A stretch of 64,000 nucleotides of DNA, taken from contig NC_042997.1 of assembly GCF_006345805.1 (NCBI RefSeq), forward strand, positions 168,082,001-168,146,000. The letters are read 5' to 3'. The stretch is from Octopus sinensis (taxonomy: Eukaryota). This document shows positions 53,701-64,000 of the stretch, one piece after another. Below the pieces are notes generated by a model, which had not been told where the DNA came from, did not search any database, and saw only the letters and a list, made by a program, of their open reading frames with translations. Both the position numbers and the translations under genes were made by a program. How positions within the stretch are numbered: position 1 is the first letter of the stretch; each line of letters opens with the position of its first letter.

Positions 53701-54828
53701 CAATTCATATACTATAGTGATGATATATATATCATACATACACAAACTAGAATCCAGATCTCAATATTTTCCTTCTCTTTGTATATTTTATTTCACATAA
53801 ACACACACACACACACACACACACAGATGTTGCATACCAATACAAATGCATATTTTGCAGTAAATTTGTCATTCAGAATAGTGAATGTGCTATGAGCTGC
53901 AGTCAGAGTTATTAGGAATAGTGTAAAGCAAACAAGTGGAGAACTATTAGGTTAGATCAGATAATGTTAGTCCTCACTGCCAAGACAGCATAAAACTGAG
54001 GTGCATGGAGCACTGCTGCATTACAGATCCATTTGACTCCTATCAACAGAAACTAAAGAAGTGTTCCTAAATAACTTGTAACAGTCTACATATAATAAGA
54101 TGCTCTATATGCAATATATATAATATCTATATATAATAAGATGCTCTAAAAAGAAGACTATGTAAGACTAGGTTTCATTTCCAAAACTCTGAACAGCTAC
54201 TTAACTGTTAGAGGGGTCAGATAACTCTTTCTAATATCTGATTTCCACGAGACCCAAGGCAAAAGCCTCAATTTATTAAACCTTAAACTGTTTACAATTT
54301 GAAATGTGTCTTCCTTCTAGTTCTATCTTCTGAATATGTTAGCAGTGCTACCTCCATAGAACTACAACTATCAGTTTATCTCTCTTTCGTACATCAATCC
54401 CACTGTATCTTGCTTACATTCGCATAGAACACATGAAGGCAACAGGAGGGCTTCTAAATAATTACCCAAGTGGCACAATGTAGGGGGCTAACACTTTAAA
54501 AATTTGTTTTACAAAAGAAATCATGTCAGAAATAAAAGCAAAATAGCAACTATAATAATTTCATCGTCATAAACTTTTTGATGGTCATCAGTAGTTAAGG
54601 CAGTATATTACAAAGTCAAAGAGGTAGCACTAAGTGAGTGCAGAGAAGCTTAGACATGACCAGCACAAGGCAGAGATATGTTGGTGTTCAATAATGTATC
54701 GATGTCTAGTTTTGTTAAAAGTAAAAGAATGCAGCATACAAGAACAAATACAAATTATATCATTTGTTGTTTATTCATGTTTGTCTTATGTCTATTTTCC
54801 ATGCTAGTATGAGTTAGATGAATATATA

Positions 54829-54997
54829 TTACCAACACAATTATTTACATTACTGCATATTATCTACAGAATTATTCACTTTACTGTTTATTATAATATA
54901 ATTATTTACATTAATTACCAACACAATTATTTACATTACTGCATATTATCTACAGAATTATTTACTTTACTATTTATTATAATATAATTATTTATAT
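54829..54997. repeat. Tandem duplication with ~86-bp period
   Basis: ttaccaacacaattatttacattactgcatattatctacagaatt... occurs at 54829 and 54915. Confidence 0.9.
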
Positions 54998-57900
54998 AAA
55001 TATTTATTGTAAGTAATGTAAGTTAATTACTTCAATTATATTTAATTATATTTTTATCTTATTGATTATTTACACAACTGGGGACTTTCACTCATTCAAA
55101 TTTCAATAAATTTTCAGCTAAGTGTGAAACTGGAATTTCAAATTTTAAAAACACTACTGGCCAAAAATTATATGTACTAGTTAGTCACTGATCACATATA
55201 CATCTATTTACCATTACACTGCTATACAAACAAGTTATATGAACATAACAACCATGAAGTTTGAGAAGATATATCAATATCCACTTGCTTATATTTATAA
55301 ACTATGGGCATTAGACATCATCCTCTTCCTATTTGTATGGTAACAAAACTTTTTCCTGACTTCCAGCTCAACTTTGAATGACCACTTTTACACTGGGTGT
55401 GATGATTACAAGCTAACCAAATTCTCCAGTCCAGTGGGACCAATCTAATGATGAAATAGTATGAAAAATTATAATCTTATTAACTCAATGAATTTTTGTC
55501 AATACAAAAATTAAACAATTAATGTTGATAAATATAATAGCACAACTATTTGAAAATATGCTGAATGGTTAATTAAAGAAACTTTCTGCACCTCCAATTA
55601 AAGCACTAATTACATGGAGTTTAAGAGAAAATGAATACAGTGTGGTTTGGAATTGTTCAAGCTCTGTCACCTTCTGTTGTCTTTCATTGTAACACTTGCT
55701 CTCTAACCTTTTTATTTCTACCCTTCTACTATATATACCCCACCATCATCACTGACATTAACCACCACCACCACAAGCTGACAACCATTGCTGCTACCAC
55801 CACCACTTTCACAGTGCCTGACAATATCACAAGTCCCAATAACTCTGTGTCAGTGCCACTTTACGTAATGCACAATAAATAAACTTTAGAAATATGATCC
55901 TAAACTAGGCAGGTGGGTGTTGACCAAATTTCATCCCTCCCTCAAACAGCTGTTTAAGGCAAAGAAGGGTGATTACAAGGAAGAATACAAATGAAAAGAG
56001 ATGGTAGTAACATAATGACAATCCATTTGTTCACTTTTACATTCTATTTCTCCACACTAGCATGGGTTAGACAGATACATTACTGAGGAAAGTATTTAAA
56101 AAATGGAATAAACCCCCAAAAGCCTTATGTAAAATTGAACCCTACACCACATTTTCGTTTTTATCAAAAAAAAAAGCAAAAGCAATTCTATTGAGTCTAA
56201 ACTATTTCATAGGTTTTATAAAAGTGCTCACTACAACAACAATAAAAACTACAAATTAATAAAAGAACCTCTACATGGTCACTCAACCTTTGAAAAGCTG
56301 CAGCCTCAAATCACAGCTATTGTCTTACATAAGTCAGGGACTAATTAGATAATGTAGTCCTATATGTTCCTAAAAAGATGAAGAGGTCATGGCTGAAACG
56401 CTTTTGCTTACAGGTTTGCTTGATCAGGTTTGACTAGGGTTTAAATAATAAAATTTGTAATAAATTCTTACACATAATTTTGGGTTTAGAAGGGGAAAGA
56501 AAACAAAACTGTAACTTCTATATCTTGTCCCATTGGCAATAGCTGTTTAAGGGAATTTATATGAAACCAGGTTTCATACTCTGCATGTTTAATAAGAATA
56601 AATCTGTAGTAAAGTAAATAGTGTACAAGTCATGCCTTCACATGGATAGTATAACATCACATTTTTAATGAAATGTAATGCTTTCAATCAGAGACTGAAA
56701 CCCTTTAGCAGCTTTGGCAAACCAAGAATCTATCTTTATTCTATAACATTCAGTAACAACAAAAATAATTTTGAAACATTAGCACAAGGCCACAAATTTA
56801 TAGGAAATAAGTACAATTGATTGAATCAACTCTTACATTTTTGGTACTTATATTATCAATTCAGCAGCATACTAGGCAAAGTTAGTCCCAGTGCTGCTTG
56901 AACAGAAAATGTAAAATACATAACTAAAACAATAAGTATAAATGGTCATACCTGTCTTAAAAAGCATTAGCAATGCAAGCAAATAATAATCAGGGATTTA
57001 TTATTTTTTTTGAATGTCATGAAAGAGTGAGGAAATTTGAAATTGTAATCAAGAGCATTAGTGGTATAACTTAATTAGTACAGTTCTAGCTAGGAATTGT
57101 AATTAGATTGCAGCTTTGGTTCTCCTCACATTTTCGCAACCATAAAATCAAATAGACTTTCAATGCTGATGCAGGTCAAAGACTCTGCTTTATAATGTTA
57201 AGTGTTGCTAAGTTGGGATAATCAAATGGCAACTGTTTTACTCTTATATGTTCAGTTATTTAACTCATTTGTAACAAAATTTCAGTTGAAATACACAATC
57301 TTTGTTACAATCAATTTTGACAATAATTTATTAAAATAATTTTCCAATGTTTGGAATATCATTGGAAAGTTTTTAAAAATCACTGTTAAAAATAGGGAGT
57401 TTGTACCACAGAACAAGGGAAGATTTCAGGTGTTTTGGCATCAAAAGGGTTGGATATAGATATGGTAATATTAGAAATTAATGCGTGGTGCATGCGTGGA
57501 GGGGGGATCAGTGCACACATTTGAAATGTAAACTCAGTTTTGTGGAAGAGAGTGTTATTTAAAAAGTTCTGATGGTGATCTAAATCATAATAAAGATGTT
57601 TCACTTAACTACAGTGCCACAGATTTATAGGAATGGGGAGAAACAATGATTTCTGAGACATTCATACTTTTATCCAGCAAAAGGACAGTGAAAGTAAGTG
57701 AAGCAATTACATTGTAACTAGAAATGAAAATCAGGATCACAGGATCAGTACACTAAAATCTCACTGACACATCACACCCCATCAAAACAATATCAAATAA
57801 TTCCTTAGAAAAGTATGAAATCTCAAAGACTAGGGTCGCTTGACAAACCAACAAGAGCCTTAATGGTAGCTACTAAATAGCAATTCAGTCTCCCTAAAAT

Positions 57901-59212
57901 CACATCCAATCAACTTTGAAAAGAAGAGATACAACAGATGATATTATAAGTACCACATGTCTGAACAAAAATGGACTGCTCACAGTAGAAACATTTGAGC
58001 CAAGTCAGACAACAACAAAATAAATTAATCATTTAGTCCTTCAGCATTTAAATTGGCCGTCCTCATCATCATCATCATCATTGTTTAATGTCCGTTTTCC
58101 ATGCTGGAATGGGTGGCCCAAATATTCTACTTGGTTTATGTTCAAACCTGGCAGATCTGGCCTCTTACATCTACCCTACAATGTCATTCTAGAAATAATC
58201 ACATTCACAAAATCTCAAAGCTATGAGTTAATGCATGATTAATTGTAAACAATGTGAATAAATAAGCATTACTTTTAACAGAGTAATCTGAATGCTAAAG
58301 AGTTAAACTTCCTAAACTAAATACATGTTAATTAGTAAAAGTGTTTCGTTTTCTCCACAGTCATGAAGTGAGTATGTTTAGATAGAATGGTCAGTATATA
58401 CAACATGAGTCACCAAACTCCCATGGTTTTCAAGCCATGTGCAGTTCAGTTCATTTCATGTGTGGCTCATAGAAATATGTTGGATAAACACCTTTTTTTT
58501 TTTTTTTATCAGAAATCAAAAATTTGCAGGATTCATAGTTATTTACTGGCTATAAACTGAAATACCTGCAGTAAAATGAAAATCTGATGTATATGGTAAG
58601 TAAAAATACTGAAGATTTTAAATGTGCGTAAAGTTTCTTCCTTTTTGCAGGACTCAAAACAATGTATAATTAATATGTGGCTTAGAAACTTATTAATTCT
58701 GTACTCTTTTACTCTTTTACTCTTTTACTTGTTTCAGCCATCCGGCTCACACATTTCATCTTATTTATAAACATTATCTTAAAGTTATAAAGAATATGCA
58801 AGAGTTTTTGACTGCAGAGATCTATGATCAAAGACATTCCGGTCATGACCATCCTGAATTTTTTTTAATGAATATGTTATATATAGAAAGAGAGAAAGTG
58901 GAAGGAAGGACAACTACCTTGTCTAACATGTGCTTCATCTAAAAAACAAAACAAAATGACAATAGAAAGTGTTCTGTGGGAGATCTGAATGCTGTTTCTA
59001 GAATGGTACTGAATTATAATGTAACGCTTACTCTGTAGACAATTACATTCTTAACAAAAACTTCAATCAGAATCAGCATAACTACCAGTCATAGGACTAT
59101 AATCCATTAGACAGATTTCAACAATTTCCATCTACCCAAAACTCACCTGAAAAGATTAGGTTTTCCCAAAGTAATTGTAGAAAATAGAAGTGCAGTAATC
59201 ACAGGGTCATAT

Positions 59213-59260
<48 letters not shown>

Positions 59261-59270
59261 TACACACACA

Positions 59271-59488
59271 CAAGGGAGTGCTGAAAAGTTCCTGGCTTTA
59301 AAGGTATCACATGAAAGACCTGGTGGAAGCCCAACCTTCTGAGTTCAGGGCTTAGAAGCTTAGAAAAACTGAGGGACTACAGCAATAAATGTGTAAATCT
59401 GAGAGGGGATATGTTACATAAAATCATAATTAATGGATCTGCCTTATTTTCTTTCACCCAAAGCCAGGAACATTTCAGCACCTCGTTG
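59271..59488. mobile_element. Mariner-derived MITE
   Basis: TIRs gtgctgaaaagttcctggcttt / aaagccaggaacatttcagcac. The interior resembles a mariner 3' end (NKCVNLRGDM). Confidence 0.7.
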
Positions 59489-59732
59489 TATGTATATACA
59501 TATAATAAAGTGATGTATAAAATATCAACTATATATATATGGTAATTAAGAGCTCAGCTGATAATAGGTCATTAAACTCTAACACGTTATAACATGGCAG
59601 TCAATTCAAGCGGAAAAAACTTGCTTGTATATACATTAATTAGCTAAAAATGATCCTTAAGAGCAATGTATATTTAGAATTAAAAGAAGAAAAGCAGGTA
59701 GTTAGTAATTTTATATATATATATATATATAT

Positions 59733-62557
59733 CATCATCATCATCATCATCATTTAGCATCCGTTTTCCATGCTAGCATGGGTTGGACGGTTCAACTGGG
59801 GTCTGGGGAGCCCGAAGGCTGCACCAGGCCAGTCAGATCTGGCAGTGTTTCTACAGCTGGATGCCCTTCCTAACGCCAACCACTCCGAGAGTGTAGTGGG
59901 TGATTTTATGTGCCACCGACACAGGTGCCAGACGAGGCTGGCGAACGGCCACGCTCGGATGGTGTTTTTATGTGCCACCGACACAGGTGCCAGACGAGGC
60001 TGGCAGACGGCCACGCTCGGATGGTGTTTTTATGTGCCACCGACACAGGTGCCAGATGAGGCTGGCAGGTGCCAGACGAGGCTGGCAGACGGCCACGCTC
60101 GGATGGTGTTTTTATGTGCCACCGACACAGGTGCCAGATGAGGCTGGCGGACGGCCACGATCGGATGGTGTTTGTTACGTCCCCAAAGCACGGAGGCCAG
60201 TCTATGCGGTACTGGCTACGGCCACGTTCGGATGATTTTCTTGTGTGCCACCGGCACTGGTACCACAAAGATACAAATTCCATTTATGCTCATCTATTTT
60301 GATTTGTTTTGATTTGATTTGATTTTCACTTGCCTCAACAGGTCTTCACAAGTGTCACTTGCCTCAACAGGTCTTCACAAGTGTCACAAGAAGGAAGGTA
60401 TGCACAGGTGGACTGTCTACGTCGCCGGGTCTTCGGATGGTGTCTTTTATGTGCCACCGACACAGGTGCCAGATGTGGCTGGCGAACGGCCACGATCGGA
60501 TGGTTTTCTTGTGTGCCACCGGTACTGGAACCACAAAGATACAAATTCCATTGATGTTCATCTATTTTGATTTGGTTTGATTTTCACTTGCCTCAACAGG
60601 TCTTCACAAGTGTCACGCGTGTCCTTGTGTGCCACCGGTACTGGAACCACAAAGATACAAATTCCATTGATGTTCATCTATTTTGATTTGGTTTGATTTG
60701 ATTTTCACTTGCCTCAACAGGTCTTCACAAGTGTCACGCGTGTCACACACTTGCCTCAACAGGTCTCCACAAGTGTCACACACTTGCCTCTGCCTCAACA
60801 GGTCTTCACAAAGTGTGTCACACACTTGCCTCTGCCTCAACAGGTCTTCACAAGTGTCACAAGAAGGAAGGTATGCACAGGTGGACTGACTACGTCGCCG
60901 GGTCTTCGGATGGTGTCTTTTATGTGCCACCGACACAGGTGCCAGGTGAGGCTGGCGAACGGCCACGATCAGATGGTGTTTGTTGTGCCCACAGCACGGA
61001 GGCCAGTCGATGCGGTACCAGCTACGGCCACTTCGGATGGTTTTCTTGTGTGCCACCGGTACTGGAACCACAAAGATACAAATTCCATTGATATTCATCT
61101 ATTTTGATTTGGTTTGATTTTTGATTTTCACTTGCCTCAACAGGTCTTCACAAGTGTCACACACTTGCCTCAACAGGTCTTCACAAGTGTCATAAGAGGG
61201 AAGGTATGCACAGGTGGACTGACTACGTCGCCGGGTCTTCACGATCGGATGGTGTTTGTTGTGCCCACAGCACGGAGGCCAGTCGATGCGGTACTGGTTA
61301 CGGCCACGTTTGGGTGGTTTTCTTGTGTGCCACCGGCACTGGTACCACAAAGAATACAATTCCACTGATGTTCATCTATTTTGATTTGTTTTGATTTGAT
61401 TTGATTTTCACTTGCCTCAACAGGTCTTCATAAGTGTCACAAGAAGGAAGGTATGCACAGGACTGACTACGTCCCAGGTCGGGGCCACGGGTTATGGCCT
61501 GACTAGTCTTGCCGGGTCTTCTCATGCACAGCATACTTCCATAGGTCTCGGTCTCTAGACATTTCCTTAGTGAGACCTAAAGTTCGAAGGTCGTGCTTCA
61601 CCACCTCGTCCCAGGTTTTCCTGGGTCTACCTCTTCCACAGGTTCCCTCCACTGCTAGGGTGTAGCACTTTTGCACACAACTATCTTCAGCCTTTCTTGT
61701 CACATGACCATACCAGCGCAGCCGTCTCTCTTGCACGCCACAACTGACGCTTCTTAGGTTCAGCTTTTCTCTCAAGGAACTTACACTCTGACGATTATGA
61801 ACACTGACATTACACATCCATCGGAGCATACTGGCTTCATTTCTTGCGAGCTTACGCATATCCTCAGCAGTCACGGCCCATGTTTCACTACCATGTAGCA
61901 TGGCTGTACGTACACATGCATCATACAGTCTGCCTTTTACTCTGAGCGAGAGGCCTTTTGTCACCAGCAGGGGTAAGAGCTCTCTAAACTTTGCCCAGGC
62001 TATTCTTACTCTAGCAGTTACACTTTCAGCACACCCACCCCCGCTACTGACTTGGTCTCCTAGGTAGCGGAAGCTATCAACTACTTCTAGTTTGTCTCCC
62101 TGGAACGTGGCAGAAGTTGGTCTCTGCATATTTCCAGTGTTTATTGCTCCTGAGCATTTGCCACAGACAAAAACTATTTTCCTAGTTAGCCTTCCTTTGA
62201 CATTGCTGCACCTCTTATGTGTCCATAGCTTACACTTGGTGCATCTTATAGAGTTTCTACCTACACCTTTTTTACAGATCGAGCAGGGCCATCTACCTGA
62301 AGGCGTTTGTGATTGATCTACCTTCCTACTTATTAGAACTTTGGTTTTGGCTAGGTTGATTCTAAGGCCCTTCGATTCTAATCCTTGTTTCCACACCTGG
62401 AACTTCTCCTCCAGTTCTGATAGTGACTCAGCAATTAGAGCAAGGTCATCAGCATAGAGGAGCTCCCAGGGGCAACCTGTCTTGAATTCCTCCGTTATTG
62501 CCTGGAGGACTATGATAAATAGGAGGGGACTGAGGACTGAACCTTGGTGGACCCCAA
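59733..62557 (-). mobile_element. 5'-truncated young RTE-clade LINE with intact RT C-terminal ORF and an expanded tandem-array 3' UTR
   Basis: ORF 61503-62594 (GVHQGSVLSPLLF, YADD, GRGRPRKTWDEVV) has no stops. It is followed by about 1.75 kb of modular 3' UTR, the conserved terminal segment and a (TGA)n tail at 59733-59753. (TA)n lies on both sides, suggesting insertion into a TA microsatellite. Confidence 0.9.
61503..62557 (-). CDS. RTE LINE reverse transcriptase, C-terminal portion (5'-truncated)
   Basis: Non-LTR RT motifs QGSVLSP and YADD, plus the RTE-typical C-terminal LRWYGHV and GRPRKTW. The first ORF codons derive from flanking (TA)n. Confidence 0.9.
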
Positions 62558-64000
62558 TATATATATATATTGTATAGAGGGCATTATTACACATAAATGC
62601 CTCACACTAAGCGGGACATAAGTCATTACTACCAAAATTTAACTAATCATACCTAATGCAGTTTTCGAAGCAAGACATTTAAAAAACTGAATTTAGTTCT
62701 ATATCACCTGTGATTTCACAATTAACGCATCAAATATATATATATAAAGTAATGTAAATGATCAGGTACGCAAGGTAAGTGCCGAACCATTGCAGATTTC
62801 TGATGCAACGGATATATAGTTGTGAAAGAGGACAGCAAACATTAAGGCATGGTAAACATCTCAAGTCACATACAATATTATTACTGGAAAAAAATTTTTC
62901 CAATAAGAAAATTGTATATGACTTGAGATATTTGCTTTACCTTAATATTTATTTCCTCTTTCACAATTAATATAATAATATATATATATGAGAGAGATAA
63001 AGCGAAAGATATTATATGCAGAGTATAATGTCAACAGATCATTCAATATCTGTACTATATGTCCAGATACCATTTCAGTGATTTTCAGTATATATATGCA
63101 ATATATATACTAAGGAGTTTGAAAGACATAGATACCCAAAATAACCCTTACAAAATATGAGTTTATTCTACTGAGACCACTCCATCAAAAATATTCTGAC
63201 TCTTTCAGATGAACACTACATCAAGAACCAATGTGCATAAGTGCTGTAAAGTGATCTAATTCTACTTTGATTCAAGTTGTGCATTTTCATCATACAATGA
63301 AGATGTTAAAACACAAAACTGCCCCCAAGAATTAAGGCTTCAGAACCCTTTGAAACTAACCTCCTACATTTATAGATGTAATTTAAATTCTATACAAACA
63401 CCAATGCTTTCTAAAGTAGGTTTAAATACAAATTAGAGCAAATTAAAAAACTATTATGAAATAGAAAAGACAATACTCAAATGGCTATTCAAAAATAACA
63501 TTAAAGAAAATTATATAAAATTAAGTGCCAACACATAACAAACAATGAAGTGAAATGCATAGCAAAAACCCTCAGACAAGAGACTAAAGATATTAGCTAA
63601 TTGCCCAGAAGTTATAACAATTTACATAAACGCTAAATGCAGGCTAATCAACCAAGCGAAATTGAGCTACAATTACTTAGAAAGAAGATTTTGAACATTT
63701 GCATTAACATCAGGAAGGCCACTGACCTATGTCAGTGAAATAACTAGCAATGTCATTATCTATTTCAACAGTATCAGCAATAACTGTAATAAGGTTTACT
63801 TAATTCAACTTTTATCTCTCTTTTCTAAAATCCTACAATACAGTGCCCTAGATTTTGCTAAGAACCATATTACAATAGATAGCAGTAATAAAGATGTAAT
63901 AGTACATACTAGGCAAATCCTACTCAAAGATCTAACTCAGTAGGTTCCTTTATGCTTATATGGAAGAAGCTTACTAGGTAAGCTTTTTTGACCCTAGGGA

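Noticed and set aside
62761-62800. Plus-strand consensus donor CAAG|GTAAGT
   Set aside because: An isolated motif with no acceptor or coding frame that I can support.

Overview
AT-rich, microsatellite-dense animal genomic DNA. The SINE/LINE repertoire points to a coleoid cephalopod, most likely Octopus (inference). The window is dominated by one minus-strand gene, reconstructed by hand as 10 coding exons (48477 to 6439, 1584 nt, 527 aa plus stop, all GT-AG, all phases compatible). It encodes an HBP1 orthologue (AXH domain plus C-terminal HMG box) that also has two N-terminal zinc fingers, which vertebrate HBP1 is not known to have. The 5' end of the gene was not found. Introns and flanks hold RTE-clade LINEs, two or three tRNA-SINE families, mariner, piggyBac-like and other MITEs, RLE-type (R4/Dong-like) LINE ends and a Penelope-like terminal repeat with a minimal hammerhead ribozyme. 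The most striking repeat is a young RTE LINE (59733-62557) whose 3' UTR has expanded into a hierarchical modular tandem array. A near-identical sister array (2769-5052) lies on the other side of the gene. Almost all ORFs in the supplied track are artefacts of microsatellites or these arrays.
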